The notes: generated by a model from the sequence alone, not told the origin. Positions 26,655 through 36,407 are shown, counted from the first letter of the stretch. The stretch is 64,000 bases of DNA from Candidatus Latescibacterota bacterium (GCA_965203175.1 OZ241867.1:1600001-1664000), one strand, 5' to 3'. Translations and numbers: made by a program.

Positions 26655-27683
26655 TCACAGCTTCTCCCGCACGGCCCTCACCCCAGCCACCATGTTCTCT
26701 AGCTTCTGCCGCGCTGCCCAGCGCGCCGTTTGGCTCAGCCCGCAATCGGGCGCAAAGGAGAGCTTGTCGGCCGGGGCATATTTCAAGCATGCCTCCACCC
26801 GCGCCGCAATGTCCTCTACGGTTTCAATATAATAGCTCTTCACATCGACGATTCCCACGGCCACATCCATCTTTGCGACAATCTGGCCGATGATCTCCAG
26901 TTCGGCGAACTCGCGGCTGGCCATCTCGACGTGCATCTCATCGACCTGCATGTCCAAGAAGGCCGGGAACATGGGCGCGTAGCGGCGCAGTCCCACGGCG
27001 CGGCCCTTGTAGTTGCCAAAGCACAGGTGGGTCGAGAGCCGGCACTTGCCCGCGACGGATTCGACCGTGCGGTTGAAGATATCGACGAAGCGCGCTGGAT
27101 CCTCGCGGTGGGCATAGCAACTCATCGACGGCTCATCAACGGTCAGCTCGGTGCAACCCGCCGCACAGAGAGCCTCCAACTCGCTCCGCACAATCGGCAA
27201 CAGCGCCTCGGTCACGGCCCAGCGGTCCGGGTACTGGTCGTTGGGGACCAGTCGGCCACTCAACGTGTAGGGCCCCGGCACACTGGCCTTGAGCGTCGGC
27301 CCTGCTGGTGCCAACCGCTTGAGCCGTGCAAACTCCGCCACTGCGCCCAAGCCGTGCGGCGCTTGCAACAGTCCAGTGATTGCGTGACGTCCTCGCTGGT
27401 CGTGGGCGGGTGGGCCGAAGCGCCTCGGCGGTGCGGACTCTAGGTCAATACCTTCGAGATAGCCGTAAAAGGAGAGGTTAAAATCAAAGCGGGTCTGCTC
27501 GCCATCGGTGACCACGTCCAACCCAGCGCGCACTTGGTCGCCGAGCGCGGCAACGACTGCGTCGTCCTGCATCTCGGCAATATCGTCCGGCCCAAAGGCA
27601 TCGAGGTGCTCAGCCGCGTGTTCGAGCCAGCTCGGGAAGGGGTAAGAGCCGATGACGGTGGTGAGCAAGGGACACTCTTTCAC
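26655..27683 (-). CDS. Cobalamin-independent methionine synthase II family (single-barrel MetE-like Zn enzyme)
   Basis: TTVIGSYP, GLDVVTDGEQ, GPYTL, DEP, HLCFGN, PDCGL. GTG 27683 overlaps the ROK stop (GTGA). Confidence 0.88.
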   Translation of the reverse strand: MKECPLLTTVIGSYPFPSWLEHAAEHLDAFGPDDIAEMQDDAVVAALGDQVRAGLDVVTDGEQTRFDFNLSFYGYLEGIDLESAPPRRFGPPAHDQRGRHAITGLLQAPHGLGAVAEFARLKRLAPAGPTLKASVPGPYTLSGRLVPNDQYPDRWAVTEALLPIVRSELEALCAAGCTELTVDEPSMSCYAHREDPARFVDIFNRTVESVAGKCRLSTHLCFGNYKGRAVGLRRYAPMFPAFLDMQVDEMHVEMASREFAELEIIGQIVAKMDVAVGIVDVKSYYIETVEDIAARVEACLKYAPADKLSFAPDCGLSQTARWAARQKLENMVAGVRAVREKL

Positions 27684-28657
27684 GGCTGGCCTCCATCGAC
27701 CTTTTCCCAAGCAATTGCCGCGGTACCCAAAACGCCGGCGTGGTCGCGCAGCTTGGACAGCACGACCGGCACGCCTGCGCCCGCTGGATGGCGGAATAAA
27801 TGTTCGTTCACTTGCTTTTGCAGCGGTGCGAGAAAGTGCTCGGCCGCATTGGTCGCCCCGCCGCTGAGGATGATGCGCTGGGGAGCGTACACGTGTACTG
27901 CACTCACCAGCAGCCAGCCCAGATTGCGGGTCCAGTGCTCCAGCTCGTCAATGCAGAGCCGATCTTGGCGCTTCACGCCGCGGATTATGGCCTTGAAATC
28001 GATCGCGTTGGAGTCCTTGAAGTACTGGTCGCTCAAGACCGAGGGAATGCCGCGCGCCAGCCCGTCCCGCACCTGCTGAGTCAGCGCCGTGGCCGAGCAC
28101 ATCATCTCGGCGGTACCCCGCGCATTGGTCAGGCACAGCCGCCCGCCGAGAGCCTGCATGACGATATGGCTCATCTGGGTCCCGAACTGGAGATGCGGGT
28201 CGCGCAGAATTTTGCCGTCGAGCAAGACCCCAGAGCCAACGCCCGTGCCAATGGTGATCGTCACCGCCCAGTCCAAATCCCGCGCTAGGCCGTAGTACCG
28301 CTCGGCGTAGATGGAGACGCGGCCGTCGTTGTCGGCGATGACAGGAATCCCCGTGGCCTTGGCCAGCCGTTTGACAATGGGATAGCCCTCCAGTCCCTTG
28401 ATCTTCCCCGGCATGTACACCACGCCGACCTCGGGATCCACGGCCCCGGGAAAGCCCAAGCCAATGGCCTGCGGCTTGCCGCCCAGCTTCTGGGAAATCC
28501 GCGCTACTTCATCCTTGAGCGTCTTGAGCAAATTGCCCATGCCCAGCGCAAACCCCGACGGATTGATGCCCGGTGCCAGCATCCGCCCGCCCCGCGTCAC
28601 CGCGCCGCTTTTGGCTCGGGTGCCGCCCACGTCAAAACCAATGACATAGTCTTTCAT
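27680..28657 (-). CDS. ROK-family sugar kinase
   Basis: DVGGT, FPG.VD, DND, GTGVGSG, ILSGG. ATG 28657 with RBS AGGAGG. Confidence 0.9.
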   Translation of the reverse strand: MKDYVIGFDVGGTRAKSGAVTRGGRMLAPGINPSGFALGMGNLLKTLKDEVARISQKLGGKPQAIGLGFPGAVDPEVGVVYMPGKIKGLEGYPIVKRLAKATGIPVIADNDGRVSIYAERYYGLARDLDWAVTITIGTGVGSGVLLDGKILRDPHLQFGTQMSHIVMQALGGRLCLTNARGTAEMMCSATALTQQVRDGLARGIPSVLSDQYFKDSNAIDFKAIIRGVKRQDRLCIDELEHWTRNLGWLLVSAVHVYAPQRIILSGGATNAAEHFLAPLQKQVNEHLFRHPAGAGVPVVLSKLRDHAGVLGTAAIAWEKVDGGQP

Positions 28658-28671
28658 GAGTCCTCCTTGCG

Positions 28672-29451
28672 TCAACTGACGCACCAACCTGCATCTACGG
28701 TCACCACCGTTCCGGTAATCGCCCGCGCCCGGTCTCCCAGCAAAAAGACCGCCATCCCCGCCACATCCGCCGCGCTCATCATCGCCCCGAGCGGCTGCTT
28801 GTCGCGCATAAACGCCATGATCTCTGCGCTTTCCCCGGCCCGCTTGCTCATGGGCGTCTCCACCAGCGCCGGCGCAATGGCATTGACCCGAATCCCGTGT
28901 GGCGCGTAGTAGCTGGCCATAGCCTTGCTCAGCGACACAATCGCCCCCTTGCTAGCCGCATAAGCGTGCGAGGCAAAAAACTTCCGCTCCGGCGCAAAGG
29001 CCAACACACTTGCCATGTTGAGAATCGCCCCGCGCGCTCCGTCTTCGCGCGATTCCTGGGTCAACATCTGTTGCAGCACGGCGCGGCACACCAAAAACAC
29101 GCTCTTGGCGTTGGCGTCCAATGTCGCGTCCCACCCCTCCTCAGTACACTCGTGCAGCGGCCCATCGCCAAAGCGCCGCCCGCTGATCCCCGCTACATTG
29201 AACAACCCGTCGATCCGCCCCCACTTTTCGACGCAGGCCCGCACGGCCTCGGCGACCTGTTCCCACTGCGTCAGGTCGGCTGCCCGGTGCGCCCCCTGCT
29301 TTCCCAGCTTCTCGGCCAAGGCCCGACAGTTTGCTTCCGTCCGCGAGGTGACAAATACGCTGGCCCCCTCCTCGGCCGCGTGCAGAGCCGTGGCCTCGGC
29401 GATGCCGGTAGAGCCGGTAATTAGACAAACCTTGTTGTCGAGAGTGCCCAC
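28672..29451 (-). CDS. SDR oxidoreductase
   Basis: TGSTGIA, NVAG, YAASK, IRVNAIAP, VDAG. Confidence 0.92.
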   Translation of the reverse strand: MGTLDNKVCLITGSTGIAEATALHAAEEGASVFVTSRTEANCRALAEKLGKQGAHRAADLTQWEQVAEAVRACVEKWGRIDGLFNVAGISGRRFGDGPLHECTEEGWDATLDANAKSVFLVCRAVLQQMLTQESREDGARGAILNMASVLAFAPERKFFASHAYAASKGAIVSLSKAMASYYAPHGIRVNAIAPALVETPMSKRAGESAEIMAFMRDKQPLGAMMSAADVAGMAVFLLGDRARAITGTVVTVDAGWCVS

Positions 29452-29501
29452 AGGTCAGTGGCAGGGGTTTGTAAATGAGGCGTTGGAACGGAAATTGATT
29501 A

Positions 29502-30272
29502 CTACTCGTACAAATGCTTGAGGCTCTTGCGGTACCCCTCGTAAAACCGCTCTAGCTGCTCTTCCGCGCTTACGTTGCCGACAAACTGATGGCTCGGCAA
29601 TAGCTCCGGCTTGATCCCCCGCGCCAACAACCGCTCGGCCACCTCGCAGCGCAGCATATTCATCATCATCGCGCCGGTCACCGTCGATACCGGCCCAGTC
29701 CGCCACTCCAACCCCTCTAGCTCAATTACGCAGTCCCCCGGCGGACACTGGTTGTCGAGGACGACATCGGCCACATCCATCAGCTTCTTGCCCGACGAGT
29801 GCGCTGGCGGCGATTGGTCGCCGTGCGGTTTCGACAGCATGGCGATCACGGGCAAGCCCCGCGCCTTAGCGCCCATGGCCATCTCGACGATCAGGGGCCG
29901 AATGCCGCTGGTCGAAATCAAGATAAAGGCATCGTGCTGCCCGAATTCGAACCCTTGGAGAATCTCCTCGGCGTAGCCTTCGTACTTCTCTAAAAAGAGC
30001 GGCCCGCGCAACCCGTTGGCGCCGACGATTGACGCATGGTTCGATACCGCTAGCTCGACCAACGCAAAAAAGCCCACGAAACATCCCTGGCGCGGCGTCA
30101 TCTCCTCGCACATCATCCGCGAGTGCCCAGCGCCAAAGAGAAAGACCAACCCGCCGTTGGCAATGCTCTCGGTGCAGATTGCCGCGGCCCGGTCGATAGA
30201 GTTCATTTGCGTATCGCGCAAACGTTGCAACAGCTCCATCGTCTGCGCGTAGTACTCTTCAGCAGCGCTCAT
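29502..30272 (-). CDS. SIS-domain sugar isomerase (UPF0309-like)
   Basis: FGAGHS, ISTSG, HSSGKKL..ADVVLDN..GD. Confidence 0.85.
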   Translation of the reverse strand: MSAAEEYYAQTMELLQRLRDTQMNSIDRAAAICTESIANGGLVFLFGAGHSRMMCEEMTPRQGCFVGFFALVELAVSNHASIVGANGLRGPLFLEKYEGYAEEILQGFEFGQHDAFILISTSGIRPLIVEMAMGAKARGLPVIAMLSKPHGDQSPPAHSSGKKLMDVADVVLDNQCPPGDCVIELEGLEWRTGPVSTVTGAMMMNMLRCEVAERLLARGIKPELLPSHQFVGNVSAEEQLERFYEGYRKSLKHLYE

Positions 30273-30290
30273 GCGCGTGATTTCTCCTGT

Positions 30291-31229
30291 TCAAAGCGCC
30301 GCAGCCTCAAATGCGGCGATGGTTTCATCTGCTACGGTGGCCGTGGCGGCCGCGACGTTCCGCTCTAGCTGCTCGATGTTCAGCGAGCCGATGGGATTGC
30401 CGTGAATGCGCTCCTCGCGCAGGCAAAATTGCAACGTCAGTTCCAGCATGTCGATGCCCTGCTCGTTGCACCACAAGCGCATGGCCTCGGCCCGGTGCTG
30501 GTCTTCGCCCCACTTGTCGCGCGGTATAAAGCGCTCCACGGGCACGCCCGTCAGCCAGCCGCGCATGATTGACCAGCCGTTGAGTACTCCGAGGTCGGCG
30601 GTCGCAGCCGCTGGCAGGATGGCATCGGTTGCGCTCTGCCGGAGCAAGTTGTAGTCGCTGAAGCACAGTATCGCGTCGGTGCGACCCGACGCAATGTGCG
30701 CGAGGTGAAAGTCGTGGGGCCTCATGCCATAGCCAATGAAGTCCACGGCGTCCTGCTGGCGCATCCGTTCCAGCCCTTCGAGCGCTCCACCTGCCTCAAG
30801 GGTCGGTTCGATTTCGGACGGGTCGTGGAGGAAGAGCGCGTCGAATTTCTCGATCCCCAAAACTTCTAGCTGATCTTCGGCATCGGCCAAGGCCCGTGCC
30901 GCCGAATAGTCGGGCCGCCCTTCGCCGTAGCCACCCCACGCAGCGGCGCTGTGACAGCATACGCGCCCGCTGATGATGATCTCGCTGCGAGCGATGACAC
31001 CTTCCTTGATCGCGCGGCCCAACTTGCGCAGTGAGTCGCCGTAGCAGCGGGCGCAGTCGAAGTGATTGACGCCCAAATCGATGGCTCGGCGCATCAGGGC
31101 CATGGCCTCTTCGTCGTCAACCGGCCCGAAGTGGCCGCCAAAGCCTTGCGTTCCGAATGGAACTACTGGTATGGAAAGCTCGGTCTTGCCCCAGCGGCGG
31201 CGGGGACAGCAGTTTTTTTCTAGGCTCAT
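30291..31229 (-). CDS. Aldo/keto reductase
   Basis: RRWGKTEL, GVNHFDCARCYG, FLHDP, YNLL. RBS AAGGAGG. Confidence 0.9.
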   Translation of the reverse strand: MSLEKNCCPRRRWGKTELSIPVVPFGTQGFGGHFGPVDDEEAMALMRRAIDLGVNHFDCARCYGDSLRKLGRAIKEGVIARSEIIISGRVCCHSAAAWGGYGEGRPDYSAARALADAEDQLEVLGIEKFDALFLHDPSEIEPTLEAGGALEGLERMRQQDAVDFIGYGMRPHDFHLAHIASGRTDAILCFSDYNLLRQSATDAILPAAATADLGVLNGWSIMRGWLTGVPVERFIPRDKWGEDQHRAEAMRLWCNEQGIDMLELTLQFCLREERIHGNPIGSLNIEQLERNVAAATATVADETIAAFEAAAL

Positions 31230-31318
31230 GACGCCTCCTTTACAGGGCGTTTAGCGGAAGCGCCTTTTTCGCGCTGTGGCAGAGGGTGAAAGTACTATAT
31301 ACCGAGGGCAGAACACGC

Positions 31319-31338
31319 AAAACCCGCCGAGCAGGCGG
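31319..31338 (-). terminator. Possible intrinsic terminator downstream of rpoZ
   Basis: Minus strand ccgcc-tgctc-ggcgg followed by gtttt. Confidence 0.45.
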
Positions 31339-31453
31339 TCCCATCCTCAGCCTCCTCTCAGTCGGCGAGTTAGGCGACCGACAGCGCGACGGCTATATGT
31401 TGGCTTTTTCGTTGGCGACGAGCCCACAAGGGCTGTCGTTAGCGGCAGGCGAT

Positions 31454-31699
31454 TCAGACCTCGTCTGAGTCCACACCTTCTTCCGGCGCGAGGACAATGC
31501 GCCCCTCGGCAAAATCCAGCATGGCACTGGCCGACGAATTGGGCAGTTCGTCTTCGGGAATTGCGCCTTCGGCTTCTTTCATTTTGCGCTCTATGTTAAT
31601 GTCTCGTGCGCGTTGCGACAGGCTACGACAGGCTTGAAAGGCGTTGATTTCGCCTTCCAGCTTGAGGGCGACTTCCCGAGAAAACATCGACTTAGCCAT
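31454..31699 (-). CDS. rpoZ: RNA polymerase omega subunit (divergent)
   Basis: 81 aa, RBS GGGAG. INAFQACRSLSQRARDIN fits the NRY..RARQI motif and SAMLDFAEGRI fits AL.EI.EGKI. Confidence 0.7.
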   Translation of the reverse strand: MAKSMFSREVALKLEGEINAFQACRSLSQRARDINIERKMKEAEGAIPEDELPNSSASAMLDFAEGRIVLAPEEGVDSDEV

Positions 31700-31820
31700 T
31701 GTAACTCCCGAGGTAAAAGGTGAATGGGGACGGAAATTATTACAAAACTATAAAAGTTATGCGATTTTGCTAAAACGGGCAACTTTCACGGGTGGCCGAG
31801 CGGCCCGACAGCAGGGCGTT

Positions 31821-32555
31821 CTAGATCGCCCAGTACTTCCACAGGTCCTCTGGCACCTCATAGCGCATAGCTTCGCGCTCGGTGTAGTGCCAGCGGGCGA
31901 AAAGTCCCAGCCGCGGCTTGGAGCGGATGTTGGCCGAGCCGGTGTGGCACAGAAAGCAGTGCCAGAAAATCACGTCTCCGGCCCGCGCCACAAATTGCTC
32001 CGGCCCGTGGGGCGAGCGGTCTGAAAACAACCCCCATTGGCGCGGCTCCCAATCTTCGCGGTCGCGGAAACTGCCGTCGATGTGGGCGGGATGCTCGCGG
32101 AAGTACGCGTGGGTCGGCAGATGGCTCTGCGGCCAGTAAACAAAGGCCCCGCCGTTTTCTTCCACATCGTCTAAGTAAGCGGTCGCCCCCAGCATAAAAC
32201 CGCCGCTCCAGCCCCCCGGTCCGTAACCGTCGATATGCCCTTTGCCCGGCCAGTCCCACGTTTCCCCCGAGCGCGGCCACTGCACCAGCATGGACCCGCC
32301 GCCGCCGCTAAACTGCCCGCCGCCCATCGCCTCGACCGCTTCCCGCATCTGCGGCAACTGCCCAAAGGCCGGTTCGACCACAAATCCGTCGATCACATAA
32401 CTATCGGGCCAACTCGCCGGATCTGCTGGATCGGCCCCTACGTGATCCCAGAACTGCCCGCGCCAAGCGGCCATCTGCTCTGGCGCGATGAAGTTTTCCA
32501 GAATCAAATAACCCTGCTGCTTAAAAAACGCGACCTGTTGCTCGCTCAGTACCAT
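31821..32555 (-). CDS. PhyH-family dioxygenase
   Basis: LSEQQVAFFKQQGYL, GHID, GDVIFWH..CH..SAN. Confidence 0.85.
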   Translation of the reverse strand: MVLSEQQVAFFKQQGYLILENFIAPEQMAAWRGQFWDHVGADPADPASWPDSYVIDGFVVEPAFGQLPQMREAVEAMGGGQFSGGGGSMLVQWPRSGETWDWPGKGHIDGYGPGGWSGGFMLGATAYLDDVEENGGAFVYWPQSHLPTHAYFREHPAHIDGSFRDREDWEPRQWGLFSDRSPHGPEQFVARAGDVIFWHCFLCHTGSANIRSKPRLGLFARWHYTEREAMRYEVPEDLWKYWAI

Positions 32556-32577
32556 GCCGTGCCTCTCACAACGATTT

Positions 32578-33756
32578 TCATCGCCTACCTCCTCGCGTTT
32601 TCTGTACGGTTAGTTTCACCTTGTCTGGCGTGATGCTTTTGACCTCCAACCCGGTTGCATCGCGCACGGACTGGGCGGACACCTCGAAAGTCCTCCGCTT
32701 CAACCTGACGAGATCGGCATCAATGACGACCTGGAGATCCGCATCACTTGCCAACAACCTGGCCCACCGCGGGCCGGTCACCTTGATCTCCACCTCTGAG
32801 GGGTCGATGTCCGTCAGCGCATATTCTTCGGGCACGTTCTCCACGTCTACGCGCACTTGGAGGACCGCCTCCTCGACCGGCACGAAGACCAGCCACACAC
32901 CCAAGGCCAAGGCAAAAGACAAAAGACCTTCTACCAAACGCCGCCCCAACCAACGCCACTCGATCCGGCGCTTCTTCACCTCGGTCCCCGCATACTCTAA
33001 GTGATCTTGAATCTTGTCCCTCAAATCGCCGGGTCTGATAGGTTCGGTGCGATTGCCCAGAATCTCGAGTTCCCCCCGCACGGCAATCCCGATGGTGCCG
33101 CGCTCCTCCGAGACTACCAGACACAGAGCATCGCTGCGTTCGGCCAACCCCAACGCAGCAGCGTGTCGCGTACCGCCTCCTTTCAGTTCGTCCCTATTCT
33201 CGGACAGCGGCAAATGCACTCCAAACTCCTTGACCCTATTATTCTCCATCACTAGCGCGCCGTCGTGCCCAGCCGAACCAGGATCGAAAAGGCTATCGAG
33301 GAGTTCTTCGCTGATCTCCGCGTCCAAAGGGACCCCATACTGCAAGAAATGCCGCTCTATCGGCTCGCGCCCCGGCAGGACCACCAAGGCCCCGCATCTT
33401 TTCGCAGCCAACTGGTACAACCCCCTAGTCAGCGTTCCCAAGCTGGAGGGATCCGGGCGCGGAGCCTTGCGGCGCAGGCTGAGCGTGGCGATCTGCTCAA
33501 AAAGCCGGCGCAAATCATCCTGGAACACCACCACTACTACCACCACTAGCGCCGCGAAAAAGCCTTGGAGGATCCAAGTCGTTAGCTGCAACTGGAATTG
33601 CTGCGCTATCAGGTAGTAGAAGACGCCCAAAAAAGCCAAACCGAGCAGGGCCATTCGCGCTCGGCGAGTCCAAACCACTAGACCCCAAAGCAGCAACGCG
33701 ACGACTGCAACGTCCACCAGATCAGTAGGTGCGATGTCCAACAGGGGTGTGTGCAA
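32578..33756 (-). CDS. dacA: Diadenylate cyclase (CdaA/DacA type) fused to a YbbR (CdaR-like) domain
   Basis: Three N-terminal TMs, FQDDLRR, HDGA, GTRHAAA, VSEERG, then a fourth TM and YbbR-like P.EV.I.V.GP..P..V. Confidence 0.8.
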   Translation of the reverse strand: MHTPLLDIAPTDLVDVAVVALLLWGLVVWTRRARMALLGLAFLGVFYYLIAQQFQLQLTTWILQGFFAALVVVVVVVFQDDLRRLFEQIATLSLRRKAPRPDPSSLGTLTRGLYQLAAKRCGALVVLPGREPIERHFLQYGVPLDAEISEELLDSLFDPGSAGHDGALVMENNRVKEFGVHLPLSENRDELKGGGTRHAAALGLAERSDALCLVVSEERGTIGIAVRGELEILGNRTEPIRPGDLRDKIQDHLEYAGTEVKKRRIEWRWLGRRLVEGLLSFALALGVWLVFVPVEEAVLQVRVDVENVPEEYALTDIDPSEVEIKVTGPRWARLLASDADLQVVIDADLVRLKRRTFEVSAQSVRDATGLEVKSITPDKVKLTVQKTRGGRR

Positions 33757-33789
33757 AGTGGTATCTCCCCCCTAAAGGAAGGGAATGGA

Positions 33790-34536
33790 TCAAGCTCCGG
33801 GGAACGCCGCCAGATACACCTTGGTGCGCTCGTTCAAAACTCCGTAAAAAGCCCGCGTCTCTGCATCCTCGCTATCCCGCCAAAACGCCGCCGGAATACT
33901 CGAATCGTTCGCCAGCGGTGCCCGGTTGCGATGCCCGTAGTAAATCTGCACCGTCCGCCGCTCTGCTTGCGTGGGCCGCGTCGTCGGCGTGTGTAGCACC
34001 GCCACATTAAACAGCGCGCAGGTCCCGGCCGGACCGTGCAAGTGGTACTCGCCGCCTCGCTTGAGTTGCTCTTCCTTATCTTCGAGCACCGGCTGGCTTA
34101 CTGCTTCCGGGGACAGCGAAAAACAATGCGTCCCCTCGTCCACATCGGACAGATAGACCATGAGCTGGATGTAGTCCATGCGGAATGGATGTTCGTCCCA
34201 ATGCGGCCTGTCGCGGTGCCAACCTTGGTGCAATGAGCCATCGTAGGCCCGCATCATCCGCAGCCCGATCTCGCCAAAGCAGAGCGGCCCACCCATCAGC
34301 GCCTCAATTGTCGGATATATTTTCGGGTGGCGGATCAGTTCGTCGAACTGCGGCGAGGTGATCAATGCCTCGTAGTTGGTGTGCTGGTGGTGGCCGTAGC
34401 GGTGCCAGAAATAGGGATACTTTTCCATATCCCCATCGAACATGGCGCGGAAGTATTGCACGTCGTCGTTGTCGAGCACCTGACCTAAGTTGAGATAGCC
34501 GTTTGCAGCAAAGAAATCGCGGTCGGCTTGGTCCAT
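33790..34536 (-). CDS. PhyH-family dioxygenase
   Basis: FAANGYL, WHRD, GPAG..FN..LH. ATG 34536 with RBS AGGAGA. Confidence 0.85.
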   Translation of the reverse strand: MDQADRDFFAANGYLNLGQVLDNDDVQYFRAMFDGDMEKYPYFWHRYGHHQHTNYEALITSPQFDELIRHPKIYPTIEALMGGPLCFGEIGLRMMRAYDGSLHQGWHRDRPHWDEHPFRMDYIQLMVYLSDVDEGTHCFSLSPEAVSQPVLEDKEEQLKRGGEYHLHGPAGTCALFNVAVLHTPTTRPTQAERRTVQIYYGHRNRAPLANDSSIPAAFWRDSEDAETRAFYGVLNERTKVYLAAFPGA

Positions 34537-34556
34537 CACCTTGTCTCCTAATTTTG

Positions 34557-36347
34557 TTAGCGATATGGAATCCGCTCGCCGTGCCAAGGCAGGCGAAAGC
34601 TGGGCTGCTGGCTGTAACGCCGCATGGCGAGCGACAATTCGATTTGGCTGGCTGGTGCCAATTCAACTTGGAAATAAGTGCTATCCACGTCGAGCACCTC
34701 GTCGCCAGCTCGCACCCGGCCAAAGCAGTGCTCGCCAAAGCTGCCAGCGCCGATGATCACCTGCCGGGTGCGGCTCGTGCTCAAGTTGACCAACGTCAGT
34801 TCCGCACTGTCAGCGCTGAGGCTGGTTACTAGGGCTCCCACGTCCGGGGGCAAACCCGGCCGCTGCTGCTCACCGTCGAAATAGCGCACCCGCCCTTGCG
34901 CCAATCCGCCCCAATAGATGGTCTGCGGCGCGCCGGTCGTTAGCTGCACTAAGGCTTCGGTAACCACCGGGTTGACCTGCTGCCACCAGTGTACGTCGAG
35001 TTGGGTCAGATCCTGTTCGTCGTCGATGACCTTGGCGATGCGGTCGCAGACCTCTCGGTAGTTGGCCTGCAAGATGCGCTCGGGGTAATCCGGGGACTCG
35101 CCAGCGAGAAAGCGGGTCCAGGCGCGGTCGTCGAGCGAACGCGGTCCGCGCTGCCCCACCTGCTTCCACTCGTCTTCGGCTCCCCTGCGCAAGGTCTCCA
35201 GCCGCTGCCAGTCGCGCTGTTCCATGGACGCGGTCCACAAGTGGATCGGCGCATTGGGATTGATGGGATTGAAGTCGGTCCAACCCTCGTCCGCGTGCTT
35301 GTAGGGCACGAGTAATCGCCCCCCTTCTTCGCGACCGTGCGCGACTAGCGCATCCATGTGCATGCGGAGCAGGTCCAAGTAGCGGGCCTCGCCCGTGACC
35401 AACAGCGCGGCCTCCACCGCCGCGGTGATCGAGTGGGCCATCATGTTGTGTCCATAGCGCCCGGTCCAGCCGTACAGCCCGCCCCACCACTGCCCTTGAC
35501 GCATCTCGCCGACAATGCCGTTGGGGCCGATGTTGTCTGGGACGATGCCGCCGTTGGTTTCGGTGCGCTCTATCCAGGCCCCCACATATTCCTCTATCCA
35601 CTCCCGATACCGCACCTCGCCGGTGTGGAGAAAGGCCGTTGCCACCAGCGCCACGACGCCTAAGTTGACGGTCACGTCGCCCTGCATGACCACTTGGTCG
35701 AATTGTTCCTCAACGCGGCGTTTAGTCTCGGGATCTTCCCACCAGTTGGCGGGCAAATCAAATCCTGGCCCCAGCGTGGCGTGGTCGTGGGTGAGGTCGT
35801 AGTGGATTTCGCCGCGCCGCATTTGCAAGAGCGGTCCCTTGCTGCCGCTACAGGGCGAGCGCACGATGCGGTGCTCGGGGTCGTAGTTGGGCACGGCTGG
35901 GTCGTCGTTCAAGTAGAATCCGGCAAAGCGCTGTGCCCGGCGGCGCGTCTCGGCGTTGGTCGGGTCGGCCATCCCTAAGTGATAAAAGTAGATGTAGTTT
36001 TCGGCGTTGTGGAACCAGTCGTCGTCGTTGATAAACTCGCGGGTGACGCGGCCGTAGTCGTGCTCTAGCTGCCGAGTAATGGCGTTCCACTCCTCTAGGG
36101 CCTTGACGCCCGTGTACTCGCTGCCGCCTAGGGCATAGTAGTGAGGCCAGTTGAAGAATGCCTCGTACAGATCGTCGGCCCAGACCCCGTCTCCGGGGTC
36201 TCCTTCCATCCATATCAGGCTGCCGCCGGGGCGGGTGTACTTTTCGAGAAAAATCGGTGCTGCCTCGTCGATCGCGTCGATCAGTCGCCGCTCCAAGACC
36301 GCCCATAGCGGCGGCGCAGTGCGCGTTTGGCTTTTTAGCGTTAGCAC
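34557..36347 (-). CDS. Conserved hypothetical ~596-aa protein, possibly an alpha/alpha-barrel carbohydrate-active enzyme
   Basis: Long ORF with typical codon usage; GTG 36347 with RBS GAGGA. Motifs DDLYEAFFNW and WWGGLYGW. Function not recognised. Confidence 0.55.
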   Translation of the reverse strand: MLTLKSQTRTAPPLWAVLERRLIDAIDEAAPIFLEKYTRPGGSLIWMEGDPGDGVWADDLYEAFFNWPHYYALGGSEYTGVKALEEWNAITRQLEHDYGRVTREFINDDDWFHNAENYIYFYHLGMADPTNAETRRRAQRFAGFYLNDDPAVPNYDPEHRIVRSPCSGSKGPLLQMRRGEIHYDLTHDHATLGPGFDLPANWWEDPETKRRVEEQFDQVVMQGDVTVNLGVVALVATAFLHTGEVRYREWIEEYVGAWIERTETNGGIVPDNIGPNGIVGEMRQGQWWGGLYGWTGRYGHNMMAHSITAAVEAALLVTGEARYLDLLRMHMDALVAHGREEGGRLLVPYKHADEGWTDFNPINPNAPIHLWTASMEQRDWQRLETLRRGAEDEWKQVGQRGPRSLDDRAWTRFLAGESPDYPERILQANYREVCDRIAKVIDDEQDLTQLDVHWWQQVNPVVTEALVQLTTGAPQTIYWGGLAQGRVRYFDGEQQRPGLPPDVGALVTSLSADSAELTLVNLSTSRTRQVIIGAGSFGEHCFGRVRAGDEVLDVDSTYFQVELAPASQIELSLAMRRYSQQPSFRLPWHGERIPYR

Positions 36348-36407
36348 GATCTCGTCCTCTCGCAAAGGGCTTCTATAAGTAGATACGCATTCGCGCCGAT
36401 GGCAAGC

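Noticed and set aside
31241-31345. 34-aa minus-strand ORF (MGPPARRV...) after an AGGAGG
   Set aside because: It runs through a terminator-like hairpin and the probable AKR promoter, and has no protein-like features.
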